63,655 bases of DNA, filler included, from Octopus bimaculoides (GCF_001194135.2; 6 parts of 5 records of this genome joined end to end with filler, not necessarily neighbours in it); one strand, 5' to 3'. Positions 48,496-62,426 are shown, counted from the first letter of the whole stretch. The notes: generated from the sequence alone by a model not told the origin. A program made the numbers and translations.

Positions 48496-49090
48496 ATAGT
48501 TAGAAAAAGTAAATACAGTTCGAAAAAGTCACAGACGTTTAATAAAACATAACCCGTTTCGATGAATCCATTTTATCAAATATAAAAAATATTAAGAAGT
48601 ACTTTGCGCACAGGCCCGCCCTAAATATATGTCTCCTTATTAAAAGGCGTTATCAAGTTATACATGTAGAAAACATGTAAAAATATCTTTTATTAGTCAT
48701 TTTTGGACCGAGAATTACAAACAAGTGTCTTATATGTTTTTCTCCAAATATACCTTTGTAACTTCGTATTACTAATGAAATATATTTAATATGGAATAAA
48801 TAATAACAGCACATCTGTTTTTATATGTAATTACTCAGCAAAAAGTATTTCCTTGTTTTTTAAAGTATTCTGCAGTACTTTCAACTATCATATGAAATAC
48901 GTATAACATTAACATATAGTCTTTGGAATCCTGCAATATACCGACGAACTTCATGAGGTCACAGCTAGGATTATAACCCTCTCTACTTAGGATACACACA
49001 CACACACACTTATGTATATTATAGTTTTATATATACATATGCATATATATATACGTGTATATTACACAATCATACATACATATGTGGGGG

Positions 49091-49152
<62 letters not shown>

Positions 49153-50320
49153 AGTGTGTGTATATTCTTGTTCACTTGCACAAATACACAAACAAATGCA
49201 TGCTGTTTGTTCGAAAAAAAACTAGTATATGAACGTATGTATATATCGATACGTGTGTGTGTGTGGGGGGCGTGTACCAGTATGTGTGTACATATTCGAG
49301 TTTGTTTGTGTGTGTGAGTGCATTTGTGTGTGTACTTGCATGCACGTGTTTGTTTGTGCACTTTCTCTCTCCCCCCTCTCTCTCTCTCTCTCTTTCTAAC
49401 TCTTTCTCTCTCTGATGAAATCAGTTATGAATCATCGAAAACTAAGTGAAAAATTAGTGTTAAATTTTATAGCAACCACCAATCACCAGATACTAATTGT
49501 GTTCTACTTTCTATGCCATACTAATACCTATCAGTGTGACTAATAGAAGCAAATTACCATTATTTCTCCTCCCTCACAGATTCTGCCCACACACACTATT
49601 TAACACCTCACTGAGTACAGAATCATTTCTTCGACGCTTAACTTAATGAATATAGTCGCCATTTTGAAAATTAAGCCAATAGACATTGTGTTATCTTCTT
49701 ACATAATACTAGACACTTTCACACTACGAAACATACGCTCTTCGCCATTCCATATGGCAAGCTTGTCTATGAAGGTCAGAAATGTGTAGAATTGTAGTTT
49801 TGAAAGGCATTGCGAATCTCTCTAATTTAGTTATAGGTCATTGCAGCAAATGGCCATGCCGTGTGAAAGAATCAATTAGAGCTCATATAGAATCATTAAC
49901 GCGTTGCTCTGACAAGAAAACTCTTACGATCTTTGGTTAAAAGGCCAACAGCGAATGGCAACTTTGCTTTCGATATCAGCGTTAGAATAACGAGGCGCCA
50001 ACTTTCTCTCCCTTCCCATTCACCTTTCAAAACTAAACCCCCTTCTCCGGCCACTCTTCTTAATAATAATTGCTGGGCATTAATAACTTGCACGTTTATT
50101 TTGACACTGACCCCATAGTTGAAAATTTAATACACGCAGGTAATGTATCTTAGAAAGTTGTCAGAGAAAATGGGAAATTGTCTAATGAACTGACAGAAGA
50201 TACCTGGCATTAACTTGAAGCGTATGCCTTAAGGATTTCAATAGGTTTACAGTTATTTCTGAAACATTGGCTTACTGAAATACACAAATTGTAAAGCTAA
50301 ACGTAGTCACATCGCTTGCA

Positions 50321-50355
<35 letters not shown>

Positions 50356-51558
50356 ATATATATATATGTATATATCAAGAAATATACATATTGTCTTACT
50401 ATTCTAGTGTATATTTCCTGAAATGAAAGAGCATATTTTAAAGACAGAATGTTTCATTAGTGGAAACCCCGACAAGAGCAACAGGGAAGGATCTCGTATT
50501 TTAAACTTAGAAAAGTTTTGTATGTCTTTACCGTTCCGCTCAGTATTTGGAAAATGTTTAGTACCGGGTGACTGTCATGGCTAGCAAACGCCAGACATTA
50601 AATGATATGCATTTACTAACATTGCCAAGTGCAAATATAATTATATGTATGTTTGAACGTACATGTGTACGTACATATATATGTGTACGTGTGTAAGTTT
50701 TATTTTTTTATGTATGGCTATAAAAAATGATGACGTTGATATGTCTTGCAGATCATAAGTATGCCATGTTGGAGCCAATTCATCCGTCTAGATGGTTTTA
50801 TATCGAAGTGTACTGAAGTGTAACGGGAAAGTATATTAGAAAGAAGTAAAATAAATGAATAAGCAGACAAAAATATATATATAATAAAAAATATAGATTG
50901 AAATAACTATTATATGCATGTATGTATATGCATATACAGTATACATAGTGTGTATGATGTAAATATAAAAAATATATTCATGTATATACATATATGCATA
51001 TANNNNNNNNNNNNNNNNNNNNNNNNNNNNNNNNNNNNNNNNNNNNNNNNNNNNNNNNNNNNNNNNNNNNNNNNNNNNNNNNNNNNNNNNNNNNNNNNNN
51101 NNNNNNNNNNNNNNNNNNNNNNNNNNNNNNNNNNNNNNNNNNNNNNNNNNNNNNNNNNNNNNNNNNNNNNNNNNNNNNNNNNNNNNNNNNNNNNNNNNNN
51201 NNNNNNNNNNNNNNNNNNNNNNNNNNNNNNNNNNNNNNNNNNNNNNNNNNNNNNNNNNNNNNNNNNNNNNNNNNNNNNNNNNNNNNNNNNNNNNNNNNNN
51301 NNNNNNNNNNNNNNNNNNNNNNNNNNNNNNNNNNNNNNNNNNNNNNNNNNNNNNNNNNNNNNNNNNNNNNNNNNNNNNNNNNNNNNNNNNNNNNNNNNNN
51401 NNNNNNNNNNNNNNNNNNNNNNNNNNNNNNNNNNNNNNNNNNNNNNNNNNNNNNNNNNNNNNNNNNNNNNNNNNNNNNNNNNNNNNNNNNNNNNNNNNNN
51501 NNNNNNNNNNNNNNNNNNNNNNNNNNNNNNNNNNNNNNNNNATATATATATATATATA

Positions 51559-52143
51559 CACGGTGGTTGGACGAAATAATGGAAACATCTAGCACCATAG
51601 CATCATAATTTTGAAATATCTATAAAACTGTCGAAAGCTTGTTTATTTTTATGTTTTCTTTTTATTATTAATGTTGCTTAATAGGTTTTGTTAAAATTGG
51701 TGTTTCTTTTCAGATATCATCAGAAAAAGGTAATTAAAATTCATTAAAATGACAGATCTATCGGACTTTCAAAAAGGTCAAATTGTTGGTGTTCGTATGG
51801 CAGGCGCTAGCGTAACGAAAACAACCGAAATAATTAGTGTATCAAGAAGTACTTTCTCGAAAATAATGACAGCCTTTGAGAAAGAGGGAAAAACCTCGTC
51901 GAAAGAAAAATTGAACATTTATGGTGTATTTTAGAAAATCATGTAAGGAGTCGATATCCTCCACCATCATCACTAAAAGAACTAGAGACTGCTTTAGCTG
52001 AATGGACAAAAATTGCTTTCGAAACAATTCAAACTTTCTACGAGTCCATACATCGGATAATTAAGACTATAACTAAAGCCAAAGGCGGTCCTACCCCAAT
52101 ATTAAAATAAATTTGTTTGAAATTTTAAAGTGTTTCCATTATT
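51559..52143 (+). mobile_element. Internally deleted Tc1-like element, same family as 3870-4763
   Basis: Left TIR ggtggttggacgaaataatggaaaca after (TA)n; N-terminus MTDLSDFQKGQIVGVRMAGASVTKT..IISVSRSTFSKIMTAFEKEGKTSS fused near 51908 to IEHLWCILE...SRYPPPSSLKELETAL; right TIR tgtttccattatt truncated. Confidence 0.9.
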
Positions 52144-52149
52144 CTTTAT

Positions 52150-52378
52150 TTACTCTCCTTGTTTCTTTCTGTGTTCCTCTCTGTGGAAGAGCGTAGGCTC
52201 GAAACGTTAAAGACTTTTTATCGTTATTTTCCCTGCCTGTTTCTTTTTGTGTTCCTTTCTGCGGAAGAGCGTAGGATCGAAACGTCAAAAACTTTTTCAA
52301 TTCCCGAGCGTTATACTAATACATCTGTTTGTTGTCTACACCACCTGTCTTCGTCTTCTGTTTTTTTGTGAATTCTCC

Positions 52379-52382
<4 letters not shown>
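52150..52382 (+). mobile_element. Short repeat with two tandem (78-bp period) minimal hammerhead-like motifs, followed by (TA)n
   Basis: CUCU-CUGUGGA-A-GAGC-guag-GCUC-GAAAC-GUU-AAAG (core at 52181) and CUUU-CUGCGGA-A-GAGC-guag-GAUC-GAAAC-GUC-AAAA (core at 52259); downstream ttcccgagcgttatactaatacatc...acaccacctgtc is shared with 61560-61640. Confidence 0.65.
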
Positions 52383-52421
<39 letters not shown>

Positions 52422-52715
52422 TGATAATAAAATGACAACTAATGAAAGAATGAGACCTCGATATTATGTATATAGAATTTATGTATATATATGTAATATG
52501 GGACAATATATATATCTGTGGATTAAGGCTACCATTTATTTTATATTAGGGAAGCCCTTAACAATGGGGAAGACTATCACTTGGAAGATCGGTATCCTTC
52601 TCCGATAAATTTGGGCATATATCTTCGCCACTTTTTTCATTGTTTTAATCATTAATCTACGGCCATGCTGGAACACCCTGAAGAATTTTTAGTCGTTAGA
52701 ATCGACCCTAGTCGC

Positions 52716-52948
52716 CGGTGAGCTGGCAGAAACGTTCACACACCGGGCGAAATGCTTAGCGGTATTTCATCTGCCGTTACGTTCTGAGTTCAAATTCCGC
52801 CGAGGTCGACTTTGCCTTTCATCCTTTCGGGGTCGATTAAATAAGTACCAGTTACGCATTGGGATCGATGTAGCCAACTTAATCCCTTTGTCTATCCTTG
52901 TTTGTCCCCTCTATGTTTAGCCCCTTATGGGCAGTAAAGAAATAAGAA
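52716..52948 (+). mobile_element. SINE family B variant with Tx1-like 3' tail
   Basis: ggtgagctggcagaaacgtt...ttctgagttcaaattccgccgaggtcgactttgcc... ending tttgtcccctctatgtttagccccttatgggcagtaaagaaataag; same subfamily as 5602-5833. Confidence 0.88.
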
Positions 52949-52984
52949 TCTACCCCAGTTTTTTATTGTTTTTGAAGCCTGGTA

Positions 52985-53050
52985 AGGTACGGGACGTTAG
53001 CACCTGTGGTCAACCGATGGTGTGGCAGAAATATAGACACAGAAACGCTT

Positions 53051-53143
<93 letters not shown>

Positions 53144-53302
53144 CATGAAGGGTTTTTCAGTTTCCGTCTACCAAATACACTCAGAAGACTGTCAGCCGAG
53201 GCTTCAGTCGATGACACATTCCGTAGGTACTACGCAGTGGGACCGAACTCGGAACCACGTGGTTTGGAAGCAAGCTTCTTCCCACAAAGCCACGCTTGCG
53301 CC
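52985..53302 (-). mobile_element. Old SINE family A with expanded internal (CA)n
   Basis: ttttcagtttccgtctaccaaat...gcagtgggaccgaactcggaaccacgtggtttggaagcaagc. Confidence 0.75.
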
Positions 53303-53762
53303 CATAATAATCATAATTATTGCATACATGCAACAATCCTGATATAACTTTCATCAAATTCCTTAGTGCAGATACAAACTAACAATATCCAAAATAATTT
53401 TCGAAAGGAAAATATTTATTGCCACAAAATTTCTCATCAATATATATAAAACTTACTTGGAAAAGCATGCGTGGCGCTCGATCATAAAATAATATAAATA
53501 ATATATAAGTAAATGCATATATACATGCATATATGTACATATATATATATGTATGTATACATCCAAATATGGGTACAGGACATCAATAGAGGTAGACTGT
53601 TTTTAATGTTCTCGTTTCTCATTTTGTCTACGTTTTTTGATGTCCTGTACCCATATATGCATCTAAATCTTTATATATATATATGTAGGTATGTACATAT
53701 ATGTATATATATATAGAGAGAGAGAGAGGGAGAGACAGAGAGAGACAGAGAGAGACAGAGAG

Positions 53763-53810
<48 letters not shown>

Positions 53811-54374
53811 GGACTTCCATATACATCCGCGCACACTCACTCACACGCACGCACACACACATATACATACATGTATATATATTTTCTAATCAGAATAAAG
53901 TTGCTAAAGTGACACAAGGACTCGTTTCTCGTGCATAGGTAATTATCACACTTCATTTCCGTGCTTCAGCCTCCCTGATTGGAAGTGCCGTACACGAAAC
54001 TCTCGGCCGTTGAGACACGTTTACAACTTGCTCCAGATGATATACAATATAAAAAAAGACGTTTATCTAATCATGTAACAAGTTCTACCTCGCTTTTTAA
54101 CTCTGACAACCATATATATATTACATATGTGTGTGTGTGTGTGTGTGTGAGTGTGGACATGAATGTGTGTGTGTGTGAGCATGAGTGTGTGTATGCGGAT
54201 GATAGGATGGGCATGGTGTACATGTGTGTACACATGCATATTTACGCAGTGTGTATAATATTTACGCAATCATATATTTAGTTGACAATATAAATAGCTT
54301 TATGCATTTAGAATGAACCGTTAATGCAACTATTCTCCCGACAGGTTTTGGACATTGGTAGCAACGTGACCAAT

Positions 54375-54423
54375 ATTAGTAGTAGTAGTGGTGGTGGTGG
54401 TAGTGGTGGTGGTGGTGGTGGTG

Positions 54424-54476
<53 letters not shown>

Positions 54477-54860
54477 NNNNNNNNNNNNNNNNNNNNNNNN
54501 NNNNNNNNNNNNNNNNNNNNNNNNNNNNNNNNNNNNNNNNNNNNNNNNNNNNNNNNNNNNNNNNNNNNNNNNNNNNNNNNNNNNNNNNNNNNNNNNNNNN
54601 NNNNNNNNNNNNNNNNNNNNNNNNNNNNNNNNNNNNNNNNNNNNNNNNNNNNNNNNNNNNNNNNNNNNNNNNNNNNNNNNNNNNNNNNNNNNNNNNNNNN
54701 NNNNNNNNNNNNNNNNNNNNNNNNNNNAATAGTAATAGTAGTGGTAGTGGTGGTGGTGGTGGTGGTGGTGGTTGTGTCGATGATAACTATATTGGGGGAA
54801 GCGGCAATACAGCAGCAGCAGTGGTGGTAGTAGTGGTAGTAGTAGTGGTAGTAGTAGTAT

Positions 54861-54899
<39 letters not shown>

Positions 54900-55050
54900 T
54901 AGAAATAGTGGTAATAGAAGTAGTAGTAATAGAGTTGCAAGTGGTGGTAGTGGAGGTGGCGTTGGTGGTGTTGCTGGTGGTGGCTGTAGTATTGTCCGTA
55001 GCGATGGCAGCAACAGTAGCAGTCATAGTAGTGATAGTGGTGGTGACAGT

Positions 55051-55123
<73 letters not shown>

Positions 55124-55251
55124 TTTTATACTGGTTTCCTTGTATCTGTTGTCCACATAAATGTTGCAAATATGTCTGCATTTTGATGTTTTCGGTTCTG
55201 GTGGTGGTGCTGATGTAGACACGTCTCTAATCGCGGCTGCTGCTGCTGCTG

Positions 55252-55320
<69 letters not shown>

Positions 55321-55335
55321 TTGCTGCTGCTGCTG
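54375..55335. repeat. (TAG)/(TGG)/(CAG)/(CTA) trinucleotide repeat field
   Basis: Direct observation; poly-V/S/T/Y ORFs are artefacts. Confidence 0.9.
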
Positions 55336-55565
55336 TTGCTGCCACTTCTCTTACTGTTGAAAGATCAATCACACATAGACGACTGATAACTCTTCAAACC
55401 TACCATAATACCTCACACCATCACCCATAACACCACTTTCTCACTCGCTTTGTTTCTCTTTGTCTCTCGTTGTCTCTCTCTGACTCTCTCGCTTGTCTTT
55501 CCTTACTTATATTCCAGTACATTAATAACACATATACTTATGTGCATATATATATATATATGTAA

Positions 55566-55603
<38 letters not shown>

Positions 55604-55764
55604 GGTGAGACACAGGGATGAAGAGAGAGAGAGAGATACAATCACTTTAAAATAAAGACACGTGCGATCATGTATATATATGTAATATACATGTGTCTGT
55701 GTGCGTGTGTCTGTGTATGTATTATGTAGGTATGTGAATGCATGTGTCAATATATACATACATG

Positions 55765-55811
<47 letters not shown>

Positions 55812-56726
55812 ATGTGTGTGTGTGTGTGTGTATATGTACATAAATAAATATATATATATANNNNNNNNNNNNNNNNNNNNNNNNNNNNNNNNNNNNNNNN
55901 NNNNNNNNNNNNNNNNNNNNNNNNNNNNNNNNNNNNNNNNNNNNNNNNNNNNNNNNNNNNNNNNNNNNNNNNNNNNNNNNNNNNNNNNNNNNNNNNNNNN
56001 NNNNNNNNNNNNNNNNNNNNNNNNNNNNNNNNNNNNNNNNNNNNNNNNNNNNNNNNNNNNNNNNNNNNNNNNNNNNNNNNNNNNNNNNNNNNNNNNNNNN
56101 NNNNNNNNNNNNNNNNNNNNNNNNNNNNNNNNNNNNNNNNNNNNNNNNNNNNNNNNNNNNNNNNNNNNNNNNNNNNNNNNNNNNNNNNNNNNNNNNNNNN
56201 NNNNNNNNNNNNNNNNNNNNNNNNNNNNNNNNNNNNNNNNNNNNNNNNNNNNNNNNNNNNNNNNNNNNNNNNNNNNNNNNNNNNNNNNNNNNNNNNNNNN
56301 NNNNNNNNNNNNNNNNNNNNNNNNNNNNNNNNNNNNNNNNNNNNNNNNNNNNNNNNNNNNNNNNNNNNNNNNNNNNNNNNNNNNNNNNNNNNNNNNNNNN
56401 NNNNNNNNNNNNNNNNNNNNNNNNNNNNNNNNNNNNNNNNNNNNNNNNNNNNNNNNNNNNNNNNNNNNNNNNNNNNNNNNNNNNNNNNNNNNNNNNNNNN
56501 NNNNNNNNNNNNNNNNNNNNNNNNNNNNNNNNNNNNNNNNNNNNNNNNNNNNNNNNNNNNNNNNNNNNNNNNNNNNNNNNNNNNNNNNNNNNNNNNNNNN
56601 NNNNNNNNNNNNNNNNNNNNNNNNNNNNGTATATATATACGTATATATATACGTACGTATATATATACATATACATATATATATATATATATCCCTATAT
56701 ATATGCATATACATACGCATATATTT

Positions 56727-56793
<67 letters not shown>

Positions 56794-57249
56794 CATATAC
56801 ATATATACTTACACACATACATACCTATATATGCATGTATATATACATACATACATACATACATACATGCATACATACACACACACATATATATATATAT
56901 ATATGTATATATATATTCGTCTTTCAATCTTCATAAAATGGTTGGAGCTTATCTGTTGCTTTTGGTTAATGGCTGGTGTTTGGTTGGCATTGGTTTCGCC
57001 TGGTGCTGGTGGTGTGGTGGTTTACTTGTAGGTTTCGGCTGTTAATGGCGGCGACGGCGGTGGCGATGGATATTATAGTAGGCGTCCATTGCTGGTGGTG
57101 GTGGTGGAGACGGTGACGGTGCTGATGGTGTCGCGCTGATAGAGCTGTGTGTTGGTGGCTTCTGTTCGTTAGTGATTGATAGAGATTTTATTGCAGGTGT
57201 TGGTTGGATCTATGTTCCTATGTGTTGCTTGTCCTTACTGCCGTTGTTC

Positions 57250-57496
57250 TTGGCGGTGGTGGTGGTGGTGGTGGTAGTACCAGTAGTAGTAGTAGTAGTA
57301 ATAGTAGCAGCAGTAGTAGTAGAAGTAGTAGTTGTACCAGTAGAAGTAGAAGTAGTAGTTGTACCAATAGAAGTAGAAGTAGCATTAGTAATAGTAGTAG
57401 CAGCAGCAGTAGTAGCAGTAGTAGAATCAGTAGTAGTAGAATCAGTAGTAGTAGAATCAGTAGTAGTAGAATCAGCAGCTCTTGTAGTAGTAGTAA

Positions 57497-57543
<47 letters not shown>

Positions 57544-57900
57544 AGCGATAAAGAGAGGGGTCAGAGTAACAGAGAGAGAGGGAGAGGTAGTGAAAGGGAG
57601 ATATAGAAAGTGGGAGTGAGTGAGAGAGAAAAAGAGTGAGGAAGAGAGAGAAAGAAAGAGAGAAAGGGAAAGGTAATGAGAGAGAAAAGAGAGTGAGATA
57701 GAATAGAAAGAAAAAGTTTAGAAAGTGAGAGGGAAAGAAAGAGAATGAGGGAGAGAGAAAAAGAGAGTGAGAGATAGAATAAAAAGAGGAAAATTGAAAA
57801 AGAGAGAATGAAAGCGAATGAAAGAGAGAAAAAGAGAAAGACAGAGAGAAATAAAGAGAGGAAGAGAAAGTGAGAGATGGGGAGATTGGGAGAAACCAGA
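57250..57900. repeat. (TAG)-type repeat field followed by a polypurine (GA-rich) tract
   Basis: Direct observation. Confidence 0.85.
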
Positions 57901-58756
57901 AACATCACCTCCAATGTTTGCGACAGAATAGATTTCCTTAAAATGCTCCCATATTGCCTGGTTGTGGTGCTAAACCGGGGGATTGTTCCATTCCACTAGT
58001 TGCTGTTCTTATTTAGCCAATCGATCAATCAATATTCAACAGATCTATAATGAAAAACGTTACAGCCTTCACAATCTTACCCTTTTTTCCAGCCAATTTC
58101 GTAACTAGGACGCCATATTTTTAGAAAGATCTTCTGCTGTTACACATCGAATCTGTTCATAACTTTGGACTGAAAATAAGGAATTTGAAGAAAATTTGGT
58201 TGGTCTTTGCAACAGGTACATTTATACAGGTTCCCTTGTTTGATTTTGTTGCTCTATTTCATACGCTTGTTGTTGTTGTTGCTGTTGTTGCTGTTGTTGC
58301 TGTGATGGTGTTATTGTTTAATTCCCTCCTCGGTCCAATCCTAACACGCTTCCGGTCAAATGCATTCTAAACACGACTATGTAATGTGCTTTGTCGTTAT
58401 AAATAAAGTAGGGTGGACGACGAGGAGAACGAGGGCTGGGACGACAACGACGATGTGACTGGGGATGAGTGTGAGGGTGTGTATAGTGATGAGTAGAAGA
58501 GGGAGGTGGAGTGTGTTGGTTCTCTTGTCTCTGTTGTAGGATTTTGGTGTTCCAATAGTTTTATCCGTTATTTCTTTACACGCCAAAACAATCAAATGCT
58601 TTTAGTGATGGATATGAAAGCCTTCTCTCTCTCTCTCTCCCTCTTTCTTTCTTATTTTTCTTCTGAATTCCTCCTGTATTCTATCTCTAATTAAAAAGAT
58701 GCACAGTTGACACATAAATAATTAAGACGCCCATGGTTTATTTGATGCTGATAGCA

Positions 58757-58790
<34 letters not shown>

Positions 58791-59532
58791 TGAGAACGAT
58801 GACAATGACAATGATGATGACGATGATGACGATGATGTCGGCTTTCATGATAACACTTGAAATGGCAATGTTAAAGGGTATTATCGTACTAATGAAACAG
58901 AACGAGAAATTGGCAGGGGAGAAGAGGTGTTGAAAATCTCCATTGGTGGAGAGCCTTACAAATGCGTTAAATCTACACTTTAATTTCATTTAAGTGTCAA
59001 CAGCTATTTCTAACTGACACATAACATCTCATCAGTTATGTATGTACAGGTCAGGGAACGCTGTTCCCCACCAACAGTCGATAAACGGTAAAATATATAC
59101 AAATTATGTAGAAATACATTTTATATATCATGTAGCATGAATTAACTTTTAAAGGTGCATCTATCTCAGTAATATATCTTGGCAAGAAGTGTATATATAT
59201 ATATATNNNNNNNNNNNNNNNNNNNNNNNNNNNNNNNNNNNNNNNNNNNNNNNNNNNNNNNNNNNNNNNNNNNNNNNNNNNNNNNNNNNNNNNNNNNNNN
59301 NNNNNNNNNNNNNNNNNNNNNNNNNNNNNNNNNNNNNNNNNNNNNNNNNNNNNNNNNNNNNNNNNNNNNNNNNNNNNNNNNNNNNNNNNNNNNNNNNNNN
59401 NNNNNNNNNNNNNNNNNNNNNNNNNNNNNNNNNNNNNNNNNNNNNNNNNNNNNNNNNNNNNNNNNNNNNNNNNNNNNNNNNNNNNNNNNNNNNNNNNNNN
59501 NNNNNNNNNNNNNNNNNNNNNNNNNNNNNNNN

Positions 59533-59579
<47 letters not shown>

Positions 59580-60413
59580 ATGAATATATACATACTTATA
59601 TATATATACACAAACATATATGCATAGAAACGTACATACATATATACATACGTATGAAACAAATTTACATTAACATATAGAATACGTGTGCATTTATACA
59701 TGTCTCAAATTTTGCAATGTTCTATCTCTCTCCCTTTCTCTTTCAATCACTCTTTCAATCACTCACTTTCCCTCTCTCTCTTTTTCTCTCTCTATGTACA
59801 TACACAGAGAAACATACCTAGTTTTGGTATGTTTATCCCTCTGTAAGACTGTCATTCTATCGCTTTCTCACACTTCCTCGCATACGATTGTAACTACAAA
59901 CCCAAACCGATTATTGACTAAACTATAGAACGTAGAAATCCCTAGACCCATTGATATCACGAACATCTCCACATGGCCGTCATTTGGCTACAGTCCATGT
60001 GATAATACAATTTATAACATAATACAATTTATAACACAAAATGATGAAGTGAGTTAGATATCTCACACACATATAACTCATATCTGCACATAATATCAGA
60101 GTTTCAAATTTCTATCATGATATTAGGTCTTGTGCTGGTGTAATAGACAACACTCTGATGTTTTCGTATTTTTAAATATGTCAGACTAACAGATATTTCA
60201 GATAGAAATCTGATCATATGTCTCTCTTTTAACAAATTAATTGATAATTTGAACTTATATTGATAAACATAATACGCACATTTAGGCTGGTATGTGTACA
60301 TTTTTGTATGTATGTATGTATGTATGTATGCATATGTATTTGTAGATATATGTATATATTTATATATATACATGCGTGTGTGTGTGCGCGTGTATGTATG
60401 TATTTATGTGTAA

Positions 60414-60485
<72 letters not shown>

Positions 60486-60624
60486 TTCTCTCTCTTTCTT
60501 TATGAACGTATGTCTATATAAGCATTTGTGTATGAGTATATCTGTTTCAGCTGCAATCTACTTCATGTTTTAACATAGATATCTAAAAGCTTTCATTCCC
60601 ATCTTGGCTAGAAAATTTGTCTAT

Positions 60625-60671
60625 TTATTCTCCGATGAGTCTCCAAATAGTGACGAAACTAGTCGGGGTAA
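60625..60671 (+). ncRNA. Minimal type-I hammerhead motif with U4-to-C change
   Basis: UUAUUCU-CCGAUGA-GUC-uccaaauagu-GAC-GAAAC-UA-GUC^-GGGGUAA: 7-bp stem I (with G-U pairs), 3-bp stem II, palindromic ACUAGU stem III, GUC triplet. Confidence 0.6.
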
Positions 60672-61224
60672 TTTTTTCCTCAAACGAACAAATATTAACA
60701 TGTATATATGTATTTCACATATGGGCACCTAATTTTCTTCTAGTAAAATTTTCGATTTTGTAAACGACTGGAGAGACTAAATTCATTAGCTCCCACAGAA
60801 CGGAATCATTTTCGTAACTGTCAAACAACTATTTATAATAAAGATCCTTGTAACAGTAATGAAATACAAAAAATCAGGTCTTCACATGAAAGGAAAATTT
60901 ATTTTCTGAGATGTTTATCGTTGATTCCTTGAAAATTATCTTCCCACTACGAAAGAAAGACGGAGAGATTTTTTTTGTTCTCTATAGATTATACGTTACC
61001 CAGTGAAAGTGTGAGACTAATTTTAATTCACAGAGAATTGTTTGCGTTCACGATTCCGTATATCGCCAACTGTCCGAATTAAGTAAAATTATAACTTAGC
61101 TTAGAAGGAATTTCTTTATTCGTAGTTATATCTATAACCTCTGGTCAAAACTCATCGTAATCCGTTTCCCATATGCGGAAATCATTGTCCAGTTATCAAG
61201 ACAGCTTCAAAGAGGTTTTATTTA

Positions 61225-61798
61225 CTCATTTACTTGTTTCAGTCATTTGACTGCGGCCATGCTGGAGCACTGCCTTTAGTCGAAGAAATCGACCCCCAGG
61301 ACTTATTCTTCGTAAGCCTAGTACGTATTCTATCGGACTCTCTTGCCGAATTGCTAAGTTACGAGGATGTAAACACACCAGCATCAGCTGTCAGGCGATG
61401 TTGGGGGACAAACACAGACACACAAACACATACATACATATATATATATGATTGACCGTTGACTGAACACTATTCAATTTTTTTTCTCCGTGTTTTTCTC
61501 CTTGTCTCCGTATTCATTCTGTTGAAGAGCGTAGCTCGAAACGCCAAAGACTTTCCGTATTCCCGAGCATCATACTAATACATCCTTTTGTTATTTACAC
61601 CACCTGTCCTCGTCTGTTGTTGTTTTTTCGTATATACTACAGGCTTCTTTCAGTTTCTATCTATCAAATCCATTCACAAGGCTTCGGTCGGCCCGAGGCT
61701 ATAGTAGAAGACACTTGCCCAAGGTGCCATGCAGTGGGACTGAACCCAGAACCATGTGGTTGGTAAGCAAGCTACGTACCACGCAACCACTCTTGCGC
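61225..61798 (-). mobile_element. SINE family A, full length, with an HHR-like repeat inserted in its internal microsatellite
   Basis: Tail at 61225-61445, head and body at 61640-61798. Confidence 0.88.
61450..61638 (+). mobile_element. Second locus of the 52150 repeat family with one hammerhead-like motif
   Basis: CAUU-CUGUUGA-A-GAGC-gua-GCUC-GAAAC-GCC-AAAG (core at 61519), then ttcccgagcatcatactaatacatcc...acaccacctgtcctcgtc. Confidence 0.65.
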
Positions 61799-62381
61799 CT
61801 ATTCTTACTTCACAACTCCAATATATACATATATATGAATGCATGTCTCTATAAATACCTGCATAGATGCATTTCTGTTGTTTCCATATCCGCATGCGTA
61901 TACATCCAGAAGGAGATAACTGGAGAACAAATAGAGATGAAATTATGAGTTGACTGACCGTAAGAGTCATCAAAAAACAAATGTTTTTTAAAAACGTTTT
62001 TTTATATTTATTTTCCTTCCATTTTATTTATTTCTATATTTTCACCAAAGATTCCCTGTTTGTCAGCTTTTACAGATTCTGTCCCTGTTTCTCTGTTTAA
62101 CTAATATCAATGTCTAACTTCACACAATTGCGATCAGGCTGTTCGCACGAGGAGCAGTTGTAATACTGCAGTTGAGAGCATAAAGTCGACAATTTTTCAA
62201 TGTTCGGAGCAAATGTTTAGTTCAGGCAAATATTTGCTGGTGTCAAGTTTCAGCACCGACACTGAAGGGAAACCTTCCAAATGCTCATGAGATGCCATCG
62301 ATGTCTGTGACAGCAGGCGTTTGTTTGCTTACGCATGCATATCTGTGTGTGTCTGCGCACGCGTACGCACACACACATAAA

Positions 62382-62426
<45 letters not shown>

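Noticed and set aside
48547-48584. Minus-strand hammerhead relic UUGAUAA...GAAAC-GG-GUU
   Set aside because: Two core changes and a non-palindromic stem III; plausible relic but not distinguishable from chance.
49412-49455. CUGAUGA...CGAAAAC motif
   Set aside because: Stem II does not pair and the triplet would be GUG.
62130-62330. GC-richer unique segment with short open frames
   Set aside because: No start, splice or homology support.
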